From the IMG/VR virus record IMGVR_UViG_2880389630_000005: a DNA stretch of 64,000 nucleotides, one strand, 5' to 3'. The position numbers were made by a program, and so were the translations under genes. Positions 10,180 through 21,019 of the stretch are shown here, in pieces (position 1 is the stretch's first letter; each line of letters starts with the position of its first letter). Source of the stretch: a virus (Duplodnaviria; Heunggongvirae; Uroviricota; Caudoviricetes). The notes below the pieces were generated by a model. The model was given only the letters and a program-made list of their open reading frames with translations. It was not told the origin of the DNA and did no database searches.

Positions 10180-11528
10180 TGGGCTGGGCTGAAAACCTGC
10201 AAAACGCTTCCTTTCGTGGCGTGCAGTTTGAGGTGCTGAATACTGACGAACAAATCAGCCGCGACCATGCGGTCTATGAATACCCGTTTGTTGACGGGGC
10301 GGATTTGCACGACCTCGGACGCAAGGCGCGACCGTTCCGCATGACGGCGTTCCTGTGGGGCGATGACTATGAATATAAACTCGGGAAACTGACCGCCGCC
10401 CTGGATGAAGGCGGCGATGGTGAACTGATTCATCCGGTTTATGGCTCTGTGCCGTCGGTGATTGTGACCGGCTACAACATCCGCCATGACGCAGAAAGCC
10501 CGGACAGCTGCACCATTGACATGAGTTTTCTGGAAAACCGCACCGGTAGCGCGTTGTTCAGCACCCCGTTACCGGAGCTGTTCGCGCAACAGTTGTTTGA
10601 TGAACTGGACACTTTACAGGCGCGGTTAAGTGATTTTTTTGATGCCGTTACTGCACCTTTAAATACCGTTAACGGCATGATTAAAAAAGCCCAGACAGTG
10701 CGTGCCACACTGGTGAATACCCTGCTGTCGTTCAAAAGTGATTTTGTCTCCACTGTCGATAATATCGTGTCACTGGCAGGCGAACCCGGAAAATTTATCA
10801 ATGAACTGGCAGAGGTGCTGGAAATCCACACATCAGATGTCGGGCAACCGGTGCAGGTTCTGCAACGTGTTGATTCTGCCACCCGGACCGGGTTGGCAGG
10901 AGAGACGACCGTCGCCAGTTCTGCGACAGTGATGAACTGCTGGAATAAGGTCATCACTGATATGGATGAATTTGTTGCGTTGCCTGTTACCCTGGTCAGT
11001 GGCGATAAAGTAGCGGAGGTGGCACTTCCTGCGGATGCCTCGCCAGACGATGTGCAGGATGTGAAAGCAGTTTACGCAACACAGGCCGCATCTGAACTGG
11101 CCAGTGTTGCAATGGCGATACTGGTTGATGATGCGCAGTCAGAACAGCTTATACCGGCGGATATCGGGCGACTGGTCGGGGATGTGCGCACCCGCTTACA
11201 GGCTGCCATCACGCTGTTCCGTGAACGCTATGAAGGCGAACGCGAACGGATAACCGAAACCGCATCACCGCTGGGGCTGATGTACCCGGAAATCATTCAG
11301 AGCATGAAAAACGTGGCGGCAACCGTGCAGGATGTCGGCCTGCTGGTTCTGTCACGCCGCCCACCGCTGACGCAGAAACAGGTGCAGGCGGACAGCTGTC
11401 TGCTGTTGCTGGCGTGGCAGTGGTACGGCGATTACAGTCGTGCGGCAGAACTGCAACGCCTGAACCCGCAGTTACGTGACCCGAACAACATAACCGCCGG
11501 GGTGGTAATTAATGCCTACGCCAAATAA
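10179..11528 (+). CDS. DNA circularization protein (Mu N-like)
   Basis: 449 aa; N-terminal ASFRGVQFEV...GR...F motif matches the DNA circularization N-domain pattern. Confidence 0.7.
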   Translation: MGWAENLQNASFRGVQFEVLNTDEQISRDHAVYEYPFVDGADLHDLGRKARPFRMTAFLWGDDYEYKLGKLTAALDEGGDGELIHPVYGSVPSVIVTGYNIRHDAESPDSCTIDMSFLENRTGSALFSTPLPELFAQQLFDELDTLQARLSDFFDAVTAPLNTVNGMIKKAQTVRATLVNTLLSFKSDFVSTVDNIVSLAGEPGKFINELAEVLEIHTSDVGQPVQVLQRVDSATRTGLAGETTVASSATVMNCWNKVITDMDEFVALPVTLVSGDKVAEVALPADASPDDVQDVKAVYATQAASELASVAMAILVDDAQSEQLIPADIGRLVGDVRTRLQAAITLFRERYEGERERITETASPLGLMYPEIIQSMKNVAATVQDVGLLVLSRRPPLTQKQVQADSCLLLLAWQWYGDYSRAAELQRLNPQLRDPNNITAGVVINAYAK

Positions 11529-12723
11529 CGAAGACAAAATTAGCCTGGTCATTGCCGGAAGGTCGCATTCTGACTGGAGCAGTTATCGTATTGACAGCGA
11601 TTTCCTGAAAGCTGCCGACGGCTGGCAGCTTCAGCTGGGGCTGCCTGAAAAGGTGTTCCCGGCGGATATCGTCCGGGGCGCACAAATCCGGTTGCAGGTG
11701 GGAGATGAAACGGTGCTCAGTGGGCGCATAGACAGCGTGCGCCGTAGTGTGTCCCGTCAGAGCTGCACGCTGGCCCTGTCCGGGCGTGATGATGCCGCCA
11801 TCCTGGTGGACTGTGCCGCGCCGGTGTTCAGCGCCAACCAGCTGACGCTGGACGAGGTCATCGACAGGATAGTCAGACCACTGGGGATACAGCGCATCCG
11901 TATACAGGCGTCCGGTGTGTCACGTAATGACAAAGTTGTTATTGAGCCGGGGATGCGTGCGTGGGATGCACTGGCCAAAGCTGCCGCCGGTCGCGGCTTA
12001 TGGCCGTGGTTTGAGCCTGACGGGACGCTGGTTGTGGGTGGCCCTGACTACACCACCACGCCGGTGGATACGCTGATTCTGAAGCTGAACGGCACCGGGA
12101 ACAACGTGATGGAGCTGGACGATACCCGATCCATTAACGGCTGTTTCTCCGAACTGACGGTGCTGGCCCAGAGCCACGCCCGCCGCGCAGACAGCAAGAA
12201 ACAGGTGGCCGTGGTGCCGCTGGATATCTGGAACGAGGACGGCAGCGTGCGCACATTATCCGGGCAGGACAGCGGTAATACGGACTGTGGTCAGACAGGC
12301 ATTCATAACATGAAAGCCGTGGCCACCGACCCCACCGTGGATTATTACCGCCCGCAGATTATCACCCAGGGCGACACCAGCAATCTGGAGCAGGTGAGCT
12401 GGCGCGCAAAAAAAATGATGAGTGATGCCCGCCTGTCGGGGCTGGATATCGTCGCACTGGTTGCAGGTCATCGCACGGCAGATGGTGTTCTGTGGCAGCC
12501 CGGCCAGCGGGTGCGGATTGTCAGCGAACTCCACGGCATTGATGCCATCTTTTTCCTGATGGGGCGTGAGTTCAGCGGAGGCCGGAACGGGCAGACAACC
12601 CGGCTTCGCTTTAAGGAGGACGGCGTGTGGATACCTGACGCCTTCCCGCGCGAGAAGAAACGCCATCACCGCAGGGGCAAAAAGAAAAAAGAGGTCGCCA
12701 TTGTTAAGGTCTGGGAGAAATGA
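11512..12723 (+). CDS. baseplate hub protein (Mu P/gp44-like)
   Basis: 403 aa; conserved order after N-like gene. Confidence 0.6.
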   Translation: MPTPNNEDKISLVIAGRSHSDWSSYRIDSDFLKAADGWQLQLGLPEKVFPADIVRGAQIRLQVGDETVLSGRIDSVRRSVSRQSCTLALSGRDDAAILVDCAAPVFSANQLTLDEVIDRIVRPLGIQRIRIQASGVSRNDKVVIEPGMRAWDALAKAAAGRGLWPWFEPDGTLVVGGPDYTTTPVDTLILKLNGTGNNVMELDDTRSINGCFSELTVLAQSHARRADSKKQVAVVPLDIWNEDGSVRTLSGQDSGNTDCGQTGIHNMKAVATDPTVDYYRPQIITQGDTSNLEQVSWRAKKMMSDARLSGLDIVALVAGHRTADGVLWQPGQRVRIVSELHGIDAIFFLMGREFSGGRNGQTTRLRFKEDGVWIPDAFPREKKRHHRRGKKKKEVAIVKVWEK

Positions 12724-13373
12724 TGTGGGACAAGGTTAATCAGCGCGTACAGCAGGCACTGGCCGCCGTTCGCCAGGCATTCAGGGTGGTGATCGGTACG
12801 GTGGACAGTTCGACCAAAGTACAGCTGCTTCAGCTGAACGGGCTGGCAGGCGAACAGCTGGATGGTGCGGAGTATTTTCAGCATTACGGCCTCACCACAT
12901 CCCCGCCGCCCGGCTCAATGGGTATTGCCGTTCCGCTGAATGGCAATACCTCCCATACCGTCATCGTGGCCACAGAGCACGGCGCATATCGCCTGACGGA
13001 ACTGAAACCCGGCGAGGTGGCCCTGTATACCGACGAAGGCGCGAAAATCGTATTGAAGCGCGGGCGGATTATTGAAACAGAATGTGACGTTTACCGGGTG
13101 AAATGCAAACGCTATGAGGTTGAGGCAGAGGAGAACGCCGCATTCACGACACCGTTACTGACGGCCAGCGATAAGCTGACGGTGGAAGGTAAAATCACCG
13201 GCAACGGTGGCATGGCCATCCGTGGCGGCAAGGAATACGCCGCCACTTTTGAAGGCAACATCAACCATGTGGGTGGTGTGCTTACCTCCGTTGATGTCAC
13301 CATTAATGGCATTAAAATCGGAACACACAAACACCCAACCCCACACGGCATGTCTGACACGCCGGTTAATTAA
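12720..13373 (+). CDS. baseplate spike/assembly protein (Mu gp45-like)
   Basis: 217 aa; overlapping start (ATGA); position in baseplate cluster. Confidence 0.6.
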   Translation: MMWDKVNQRVQQALAAVRQAFRVVIGTVDSSTKVQLLQLNGLAGEQLDGAEYFQHYGLTTSPPPGSMGIAVPLNGNTSHTVIVATEHGAYRLTELKPGEVALYTDEGAKIVLKRGRIIETECDVYRVKCKRYEVEAEENAAFTTPLLTASDKLTVEGKITGNGGMAIRGGKEYAATFEGNINHVGGVLTSVDVTINGIKIGTHKHPTPHGMSDTPVN

Positions 13374-13426
13374 GTGCTGAACACCCTCACCTGATTCTGA
13401 CCTGTCCATGCTGCCAGACTGGCGGC

Positions 13427-13777
13427 ATGGACCAGACGATTTCACCTGCAACCGGCGACTACGAACGCCGCCGGATTTATACACTCCATAACGCGGTTTA
13501 TCTGCGACTGGCGACACCGCTTGGCAGTTACTGGGCGGATGCGTTGCTGGGGTCACGCCTGCACGAACTGAAGCGGGAAAAAGACGTTTCCCGTGTTCAC
13601 AGGCTGGCGGCGCAGTATGCCAGCCAGGCACTTCAGCCCCTGCTTGATGACGGGCGGGCAAAATCCATTACTGTTGACACGAAACCGGGTCAGCGCGGCT
13701 GGCTGTTGCTGTTAATCACCGTCACGGATAACGCGGGCACACCGCAGACATTTGAACACCCTGTGAGGATTATGTAA
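13427..13777 (+). CDS. baseplate protein (Mu gp46-like)
   Basis: 116 aa small baseplate component upstream of J-like gene. Confidence 0.55.
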   Translation: MDQTISPATGDYERRRIYTLHNAVYLRLATPLGSYWADALLGSRLHELKREKDVSRVHRLAAQYASQALQPLLDDGRAKSITVDTKPGQRGWLLLLITVTDNAGTPQTFEHPVRIM

Positions 13778-14856
13778 TGCCGTTTCCTGTTCCGGGCGTT
13801 GCTGAAAACACAGAACGCCAGCTACGTGATATCGCTAACGCCCTGCCGGGAGAAACCATCGACACCAGCGCTGACAGCGATTACCGCATTCGTGCAAATG
13901 CCGTATCCGGTGTGGCTGACGGGCTTTATATGCATCAGGGGTGGATACTCCGTCAGGTGTTTCCTGACACGGCAGACCCTGAATATCTGGAGCTGCACTG
14001 CCGCACGCGCAATGTTTTTCGTAAAAAAGCGACCGCCTCATCCGGTCCGGTGGTGATTACCGGCACTCCCGGTAAGACACTGCCAGCCGGTGCGGAAATT
14101 CGTGGTGAAGGTGTCAGCGTGTCCACCACAGCAGACTGCACCATCGGCCACGAAGGCAGCGCAGAGGTGACGGTAAAAAGCACTGCCACGGGGGCACTGA
14201 CGAATGCATCCACGACGCAGACGGCAACGCTGGTCAGTCCGCCGGAAGGCATCAACAGCACGGTGACGATTAAATCCCTGACCGGTGGAACAGACAGGGA
14301 AAGCAACGCCGACCTGCTGGCGCGTTATCTGGACATTCTGCGCAGGCCGCCCGCTGGCGGTAATAAATATGATTACAAACGCTGGGCGCTGGAAGTGGAT
14401 GGCGTTACCTCGGCATATGTGGAGCCATTACGTCGTGGACTGGGGACGGTTGATGTGGCCATTACGTCAGCCAATGACCTTCCCTCGCAGGAACTGATTA
14501 ATGCCGTGCTGGCACATATTGAGGAAGTCTGCCCGGTCACAGCAAAGGACACGATGGTACTGGCCCCGACGAAAAAAGCCGTTGATTTCGTTGTCCGGGT
14601 AAAAACCAGCGGCCTGACCGTTGAGCAGATAAAACCACAGATAACTGAAGTTATCACGGATTTTATGAACCGACTGGAGCCGGGGCAGGAATTAATTATT
14701 TCACAACTGGAAACTCAGATTTCATTAATTTCTGGCGTCAGTGACCGGCGGATTATTATGCCGTCAGATAATGTAAAAGCAGTTGTCAATGAATCCACAT
14801 GGGAGTGGCTGCGTCCGGGGAGTATTGATATCCAGCCATTTCCCCGGGAGAGTTAA
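13777..14856 (+). CDS. baseplate J-like wedge protein (Mu gp47-like)
   Basis: 359 aa; position and size of baseplate J family. Confidence 0.65.
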   Translation: MPFPVPGVAENTERQLRDIANALPGETIDTSADSDYRIRANAVSGVADGLYMHQGWILRQVFPDTADPEYLELHCRTRNVFRKKATASSGPVVITGTPGKTLPAGAEIRGEGVSVSTTADCTIGHEGSAEVTVKSTATGALTNASTTQTATLVSPPEGINSTVTIKSLTGGTDRESNADLLARYLDILRRPPAGGNKYDYKRWALEVDGVTSAYVEPLRRGLGTVDVAITSANDLPSQELINAVLAHIEEVCPVTAKDTMVLAPTKKAVDFVVRVKTSGLTVEQIKPQITEVITDFMNRLEPGQELIISQLETQISLISGVSDRRIIMPSDNVKAVVNESTWEWLRPGSIDIQPFPRES

Positions 14857-14859
14857 TAC

Positions 14860-15432
14860 ATGAATACGGTTGATTTATTTCGTGCCATGTTACCACCGGT
14901 CAGCTATGACCCGAACGGGAAATATATTTCAACAGAACTGAACGCAGAAGCAGCCATTATGGATGAAGTAAAAGCGTCAGCTGCACGAGTGCTTGCATCT
15001 GTCACACCATTTTACGCATCCATGACACTGTCTGACTGGGAACGAGTGTATGAAGTAATACCCCGCGATGGTGCCACACAGCAGGAACGCCGAGAAAATA
15101 TTCTTATAAAGATGGCTGCAACTGGTGGGTTATCTATCCCTTATTTTAAACAACTTGCAGCCAGCCTCGGGTACACCATAACAATTACTGAACTCCATCC
15201 ATTTAGAACGGGGGTAAACCGATGTGGTGATCGTCTCTATATAACAGATGCCCGATGGATTTGGCAGGTTAATGTCACAGGAAGCAAAACGCCAGCTTAC
15301 AGATTCAGAACCGGAGTATCTGCTGCCGGGGAACCGTTACTTTCCTTTGGTGCCCCTGTACTGGAAGAAACATTTAAAGAGCTTAAACCCGCTTTTACTT
15401 ATTGCCATTTCACATATAAGGAGGAGCAGTAA
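14860..15432 (+). CDS. tail protein (Mu gp48-like)
   Basis: 190 aa between baseplate J-like gene and tail fiber. Confidence 0.55.
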   Translation: MNTVDLFRAMLPPVSYDPNGKYISTELNAEAAIMDEVKASAARVLASVTPFYASMTLSDWERVYEVIPRDGATQQERRENILIKMAATGGLSIPYFKQLAASLGYTITITELHPFRTGVNRCGDRLYITDARWIWQVNVTGSKTPAYRFRTGVSAAGEPLLSFGAPVLEETFKELKPAFTYCHFTYKEEQ

Positions 15433-17810
15433 TGCAAAATCTGATGCCCCCGATAAATACACCGGATCAATTGTTTCATGATGGTGACCCCACTCAGGGG
15501 ATAGAAGGAACCATCGTAACTGCTGATTATTTAAACAATCAGCAGGGGGCAATCCGTGATTTACAGCAGGAACTCCTTAATGTTCTTGGTAGTGTACATA
15601 TTCAACCTGCCCCCCAAAAAACGGATCAGCTACTTACCGCGCTTCGTGCGCTGCTGTTAAGCCGCAAGAATCCGTTTGGCGATATCAAATCGGATGGCAC
15701 GGTAGAACGCGCTCTTGAAAATCTGGGGTTACAGGATGTAAAAGCTGGTTCATTGAACAATCTGTACACTAACCATTCCCGTAGTGTCTTAATGGAATTG
15801 CCGTTATTATTCCCGGACTACGATACGGTGCTGGCTGCTCAGTCTGGTGCGGAATATATGTATCCACAGGGATTTGTGGTGACAGGAGAAAAAATCTATC
15901 TGAGTTATACCGTTGAGCCAAAGCAGACACGGAACGTTATAGTTCAGTACACAACATCCGGCGAATATGAGGGATATTATTATGTCGATAATGGAGGTCG
16001 TGGCGTTGTCAGCGAAGGCCTTGTGGTGACAACGGATTACGGTGGATTACGTTTGTTCATGTCAGGAGAAAATGGATTACTGAAACAGTTTTCGCTTGAT
16101 GGGGCAATTTCTGGTTCAGTATTGCCGTTAATTGATGAACATGATGTCGGTGTTTACAACCAGTTCAGCTATCGTAAAAACCGCTGGGTGGTTGAACAGT
16201 CAGCGCCGGAAGTGGGAGGCCTGATCACCCGCACAGTATTTGCGGTGTATGATTTTCAGTTTCGTCGGACAGGGACATTCACATTACCGTTGCATGATTC
16301 CGGATATATCACGGAAAGCACAGACAGCTATGCAAGACGCTTCACAAAACGTCAGGGAATTGCTGTGGGAGACGATTATATTGCCTGTTCTTATGGTGGC
16401 TATTTTAATACCGGGGCATCAGCCGGATTTAACCAGTTTCAGGGGGTTAAGGTCTTTTCTCCGGATGGAGTAAAGCAGCAGGAATCCATTCTTCATCCCC
16501 AAAAAATGATAGATGTGCTTACCAGGCAGGGTTTTACACCTTCGCGCATTGAGAACGAAGGAATTTGTATTTCTGACGACGGCGGCAGTATATATTCGCT
16601 TTATATCTTTCTGGAGCGTGGGTTACCACAGGCTTATCAGAAAGGAATTGTTCTGATGAAAGAGTTCAGTACTGGCAGAGATGCTATTGATTTTCGTCAG
16701 GCAGCCTGGTTGTACACGGGGTTTGATGTGTCTCATGCCAGTATTGGAACATTTCCCCGTAGTGCCCAGGGGTTGGTAAACCCGGTGTTGGGGACGGTAT
16801 TCACATCCCTGTCTGAAATTCTGGCATATATGCGTTCTGTGAGTCAGAAATGGTTTTGTCTGCATACAACCACGACACCGATTAAAGATCTGAGTGGAAA
16901 TGACATTCCTGCTGACAATTATGTGTTCATCAAGAATGCTAATAACCAGACATTCTATATAACGCAGGAGTCAGCTGAAGGTGGAATAAAATATAAAGCT
17001 GTCACTACAGACAGCGGAGAATATGGTTTTCAGCGACAAAGAGAGGCAATCTGGTCCAATGTTATCACCATCGCACAAAAGAGCGATGGTGAGGATCAGT
17101 TTAATCGTATTATCGCTGCCTCGAAAAGTGGTTCGGGTAAAAATCAGGATAAAATACTGGTAGTTGACCAACAGGCATCAGAGGGGAATAACACGCTGGT
17201 AATTGGCGGTGGTTCATCTGTGTTCAGGTCAGCGACAGTGATTGATTTTGCAACGAATCAGGATGCAAATGCCACAGGAGGAGAAAAGAGATGGCGCATA
17301 GATTCATCAGGAAATCTCCGCCCTTATACAGATAATACGTATTCGATCGGTTATGCCTCATGGCGACCCGCACAGGTTTATTCAGCTACGGGAAGTATCA
17401 GTACATCAGACCGGACTCATAAACAGGACGAAACAATTCTGTCGGATGCAGAAAAAAGGGTTGCCAGAAAGCTGCTCGGGTATATCTGTCGGTTCCGTTT
17501 CAGGGATGCAGTGTCCAGCAAAGGGAACGCAGCCAGATGGCATGTAGGAGTGATTGCTCAGGACGTACAGAAGGTCTTCTCCGAGGAAGGGCTGGACGCT
17601 TTTGATTACGGTATTTTGTGTCGTGATGAATATCCGGCGGAATATGAAGTGGTTTACGGGACTCGTATGGAGCTTGGTTCTGACGGACTCCTTACAATGG
17701 AAGAATACGATACCGGAGAGCGCAAGCTGGTCAGGGAGGCTGGTGAAATAATGTCTGTAAGGAATGATGAGCTGCATTATTTCATGCTGGCATCGCTGTC
17801 TGGCCAGTGA
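15432..17810 (+). CDS. tail fiber protein with C-terminal intramolecular chaperone domain
   Basis: 792 aa; conserved fiber N-terminus; C-terminal about 130 aa resemble the peptidase S74-type auto-cleaving chaperone domain. Confidence 0.7.
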   Translation: MQNLMPPINTPDQLFHDGDPTQGIEGTIVTADYLNNQQGAIRDLQQELLNVLGSVHIQPAPQKTDQLLTALRALLLSRKNPFGDIKSDGTVERALENLGLQDVKAGSLNNLYTNHSRSVLMELPLLFPDYDTVLAAQSGAEYMYPQGFVVTGEKIYLSYTVEPKQTRNVIVQYTTSGEYEGYYYVDNGGRGVVSEGLVVTTDYGGLRLFMSGENGLLKQFSLDGAISGSVLPLIDEHDVGVYNQFSYRKNRWVVEQSAPEVGGLITRTVFAVYDFQFRRTGTFTLPLHDSGYITESTDSYARRFTKRQGIAVGDDYIACSYGGYFNTGASAGFNQFQGVKVFSPDGVKQQESILHPQKMIDVLTRQGFTPSRIENEGICISDDGGSIYSLYIFLERGLPQAYQKGIVLMKEFSTGRDAIDFRQAAWLYTGFDVSHASIGTFPRSAQGLVNPVLGTVFTSLSEILAYMRSVSQKWFCLHTTTTPIKDLSGNDIPADNYVFIKNANNQTFYITQESAEGGIKYKAVTTDSGEYGFQRQREAIWSNVITIAQKSDGEDQFNRIIAASKSGSGKNQDKILVVDQQASEGNNTLVIGGGSSVFRSATVIDFATNQDANATGGEKRWRIDSSGNLRPYTDNTYSIGYASWRPAQVYSATGSISTSDRTHKQDETILSDAEKRVARKLLGYICRFRFRDAVSSKGNAARWHVGVIAQDVQKVFSEEGLDAFDYGILCRDEYPAEYEVVYGTRMELGSDGLLTMEEYDTGERKLVREAGEIMSVRNDELHYFMLASLSGQ

Positions 17811-17821
17811 ATAATATTAAT

Positions 17822-17846
17822 GTAAGGAGCGATATAAGCTCCTTAC
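17822..17846 (+). terminator. hairpin downstream of tail fiber gene
   Basis: GTAAGGAGC-N7-GCTCCTTAC inverted repeat just after stop; weak T-tract. Confidence 0.4.
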
Positions 17847-17926
17847 ATCATGCATTTTATGCTGCGATTATGCGTTCTCCTGTTGTTTGTTGCTGAGAGT
17901 GAAACACCGGAAACATAACTAATAAG

Positions 17927-17984
17927 TTAGCGCCCAATTCTGGGCTTTTTGGCTGAGATCTCCCCGCCCAGAATTGGGCGCTAA
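17927..17984. repeat. 19-bp perfect inverted repeat with 20-bp spacer
   Basis: TTAGCGCCCAATTCTGGGC ... GCCCAGAATTGGGCGCTAA; lies in the junction between Mu-like module and CP4-like genes. Confidence 0.6.
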
Positions 17985-18055
17985 TTAGCCCAGAAAAAAA
18001 CGCGAAGTTACACTGGTACCGTCAGCATCATGCTGACAGCAACTGGTATGAAAAC

Positions 18056-18583
18056 GTGTATGAGGACTTCAGGGCGGTCTGTGGCATTTTCGGAATTGAC
18101 CTCCGCCAGCGCGTTTTCCGGCTCAGCAACGGCAGGTTTATGGAAGAGGCGTGCATCTGGTTCAGCGGATTCTGCAGCCAGGGGGACGGAGCCTGTTTTG
18201 AAGGACGCTGGCACTGGCAGCCAGCAACAGCCAGAAGGCTCCGGGAGTATGCCACACAGGACCATGAACTCCATCGTATCGCGGATGCCCTGCAGGCGGT
18301 GCAGAAACGTAACTTCTGGCAACTGCAGGCTGAAATCCACCACCGGGGACGTTACTGCCATCCGTACAGCATGGATATCACTGTTACCCGGAACAGTCCG
18401 ACTGGTCAGGCTATGACAGCCGATGCGGAAGCCGCTGTCAGCGAAGCCCTGCGCGACCTGGCCTTCTGGTTGTACCGTCAGCTGGAAAACGAGTACGACA
18501 GGCTGACCTCTGATGCCGCTGTGGATGAGGCCCTTCTCATCAACGAATACACCTTCACCGAAGCCGGTCTGCGCGCCGGCTGA
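18056..18583 (+). CDS. hypothetical CP4-type prophage protein, possibly 5'-truncated
   Basis: 175 aa from a GTG; frame open upstream with no ATG; directly precedes the cbeA-like gene. Confidence 0.35.
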   Translation: MYEDFRAVCGIFGIDLRQRVFRLSNGRFMEEACIWFSGFCSQGDGACFEGRWHWQPATARRLREYATQDHELHRIADALQAVQKRNFWQLQAEIHHRGRYCHPYSMDITVTRNSPTGQAMTADAEAAVSEALRDLAFWLYRQLENEYDRLTSDAAVDEALLINEYTFTEAGLRAG

Positions 18584-18598
18584 CCTGAGGACTTTATC

Positions 18599-18967
18599 GT
18601 GTCAGACAAACTCCATGAGACAAATTATCCCGACGACCATAACGACCGCCTCTGGTGGGGACTGCCCTGCACCGTGACGCCCTGTTTCGGGGCACGTCTG
18701 GTGCAGGAGGGTAACCGGTTGCATTACCTTGCCGACCGCGCCGGTATCAGAGGCCTGTTCAGCGATGCAGATGCGTACCACCTGGACCAGGCCTTTCCGC
18801 TGCTGATGAAACAACTGGAACTCATGCTCACCAGCGGTGAACTGAATCCCCGCCATCAGCATACCGTCACGCTGTATGCAAAAGGGCTGACCTGCAAAGC
18901 CGATACCCTCAGCAGTTGTGGTTACGTTTATCTGGCTGTTTATCCGACGCCCGAAATGAAAAATTAA
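18599..18967 (+). CDS. cbeA: CbeA/YeeU-family antitoxin (type IV TA)
   Basis: 122 aa; near-identical to remembered YeeU sequence (WWGLPCTVTPCFGARLVQEGNRLHYLADRAG...). Confidence 0.85.
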   Translation: MSDKLHETNYPDDHNDRLWWGLPCTVTPCFGARLVQEGNRLHYLADRAGIRGLFSDADAYHLDQAFPLLMKQLELMLTSGELNPRHQHTVTLYAKGLTCKADTLSSCGYVYLAVYPTPEMKN

Positions 18968-19055
18968 CTCTCCAGAATAGCCTTCTGCTACGGCCTGGTG
19001 TTTTCACCACGCCACTTTTCCATTTTTATATCTGCATATCAGGAAAATCTTCAGT

Positions 19056-19430
19056 ATGAAAACATTACCTGTATTACCCGGGCAGGCGGCCAGTTCTCGC
19101 CCGTCTCCTGTTGAAATCTGGCAGATACTGCTGTCCCGACTGCTGGACCAGCACTATGGCCTCACACTGAATGACACACCGTTTGCCGATGAACGTGTGA
19201 TTGAGCAGCATATTGAGGCAGGCATTTCACTGTGTGATGCGGTGAACTTTCTCGTGGAAAAATACGCGCTGGTGCGTACCGACCAGCCGGGATTCAGCGC
19301 CTGTACCCGCTCTCAGTTAATAAACAGCATCGATATCCTCCGGGCTCGCAGGGCGACCGGCCTGATGACCAGCGACAATTACAGAACGGTAAATAACATT
19401 ACCCTGGGTAAGTATCCGGAGGCGAAATGA
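19056..19430 (+). CDS. cbtA: CbtA/YeeV-family toxin (type IV TA)
   Basis: 124 aa; near-identical to remembered YeeV sequence (MKTLPVLPGQAASSRPSPVEIWQILLSRLLDQHYGLTLNDTPFADERV...). Confidence 0.85.
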   Translation: MKTLPVLPGQAASSRPSPVEIWQILLSRLLDQHYGLTLNDTPFADERVIEQHIEAGISLCDAVNFLVEKYALVRTDQPGFSACTRSQLINSIDILRARRATGLMTSDNYRTVNNITLGKYPEAK

Positions 19431-19621
19431 TGACACTGGAAGCCGACAGCGTTAACGTACAGGCGCTGGATATGGGGCACATTGTCGTTGACATTGATGG
19501 TGTTAATATCACTGAACTGATTAATAAGGCCGCTGAAAACGGTTATTCACTCCGCGTGGTGGATGACCGTGACTCTACCGAAACACCGGCAACTTATGCC
19601 AGCCCTCACCAGTTGCTGTAA
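19427..19621 (+). CDS. yeeW: YeeW-like small protein
   Basis: 64 aa overlapping the cbtA stop, as in CP4-44. Confidence 0.7.
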   Translation: MMTLEADSVNVQALDMGHIVVDIDGVNITELINKAAENGYSLRVVDDRDSTETPATYASPHQLL

Positions 19622-20061
19622 GACAATGCAGTGATACAGGGTATAGTGCCATTAACCACAGAAACAGCACTGTTGTCCTGTATTAAGCAGGCAAGAGAAG
19701 ATGTCCTTACCCTGCGCCATCTGCAGCTTCTGCACCAGAACCGGTGAATCTCACTCAACAGGCTTCATTTCCCCTGACGCCAGCCTGAATACAGCTGGCG
19801 TTTTCATTTATAAACAGAAAGGAAAACCGATAATAATGGAATGGACGCCCCGACCATGAAGCAACGGTAGGATATTACTGATAAACCTTCCAGTGGAGGT
19901 GCGTTATGGCCGTTTTAACGATTAGCATTGACCTGACAAAAAATGAATTCCAAATCCACGGTCTGGGTAGGAACAGAAAAATCTAAGCTCAGAAAACGGA
20001 TTAAAGTAAGCGTCAACGGAGCACCGTATTGACGCTTATTTATTGGTGAGAACTACGTTCC

Positions 20062-20418
20062 ATGGCAGGAGTTCGTCAACACGGTTGGAGGGCCATTCCG
20101 GCAGTATGCTCAGAATATGGCGCAGATACGCTTCCGGATCGATACCGTTCAGACGGCAGGTGCCTGCTTTTCCGGCAACAAGCAGGAATCTCAGCGCTGA
20201 AGCAGGAATTAGAGGTAAAAACGCCCTACCGGGCCATGAATCACCCGGTCATTGGAGTAGTAACCAAAGCAGATTTAGCCAGCATGGAACAAATATCTTT
20301 GGTGACAAGTTGGTTACGGGAAGCTGGAGCGCACAACGTGTTAGTAACCAGTGCAGTTAATAACAATGGAGTTACAGAACTTTTTGCCTTGCTGCATACA
20401 GAAGAAGGCTGTTGTTAA
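20062..20418 (+). pseudogene. yoeF-like gene fragment (GTPase-like C-terminal remnant)
   Basis: 118-aa ORF with no clear RBS, in the position of CP4-44 pseudogene remnants between yeeW and yeeX. Confidence 0.3.
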
Positions 20419-20470
20419 TTTCGATTGGTTCTCAGATGAGAATGATGACGGTGATACACAGATAAGAATC

Positions 20471-20499
20471 AATGAGCAATGAGGGTTGCCGGGCAACCC
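20471..20499. terminator. perfect palindromic hairpin downstream of yeeX
   Basis: CAATGAGGGTTGCC/GGCAACCCTCATTG directly after the yeeX stop (- strand). Confidence 0.5.
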
Positions 20500-20518
20500 T
20501 CATTGAATAAAACGGGAA

Positions 20519-20848
20519 TTACTTCGCTTCGCCGTTTTTCATTTCGCCCATAGCTTTCAGCTTTTTGGAGATATCGCGGCGTTCTTTGGAGAGCTCGGCA
20601 TTTTTGATGATGTAATCGTCAACGCGATCTTCATAGTCACCTTTCATGCTGGCGATGATGCCCTGGATTGCTTCAACGCTCATCCCTGGCTTGATGTAAT
20701 CGCTCAGGTTGTCCAGCAACAGGACGCGCTTCTGGTTGTCACGGATCTTTTTCTCAACGTCCTGAATTTCACGTTGCAGTTTGTTCTTACGACGGAACAG
20801 ACGAACAAATTCCAGTACGTCCTGGAATGAAGGCTTGGTAGTTTCCAT
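20519..20848 (-). CDS. yeeX: UPF0265/DUF496 protein YeeX
   Basis: Starts at internal Met ([41 protein letters not shown]...), 109 aa; matches remembered YeeX. Confidence 0.85.
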   Translation of the reverse strand: METTKPSFQDVLEFVRLFRRKNKLQREIQDVEKKIRDNQKRVLLLDNLSDYIKPGMSVEAIQGIIASMKGDYEDRVDDYIIKNAELSKERRDISKKLKAMGEMKNGEAK

Positions 20849-21019
20849 TTTTATACCCCTGATAATGTGAGAGTCGGATTCGTTTAAGCAACCGCTATTC
20901 GTTAGGGCCAACATTACTCATAGCTGCCGCAGATGACAATGCTTTTATCCCTTTTCACTATCATACCCTTTATCCTTGCTGAATCGAAGCAGCAGCAAGA
21001 TGATTCTGAAGTTCAGGAA

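Noticed and set aside
1-17810. Alternative reading of the left module as a P2-like prophage
   Set aside because: The F-G-I-head gene order, the Mu N-type DNA circularization protein and the Mu-type baseplate order fit Mu-like phages rather than the P2 layout.
17927-17984. Inverted repeat as the terminal repeat of a small IS or MITE
   Set aside because: Arms are only 60 bp apart with no coding capacity and no flanking direct repeat seen; kept as a junction feature instead.
20062-20418. Functional small GTPase gene
   Set aside because: Only a C-terminal-like fragment with no P-loop and no RBS; consistent with the CP4-44 pseudogene remnants expected here.
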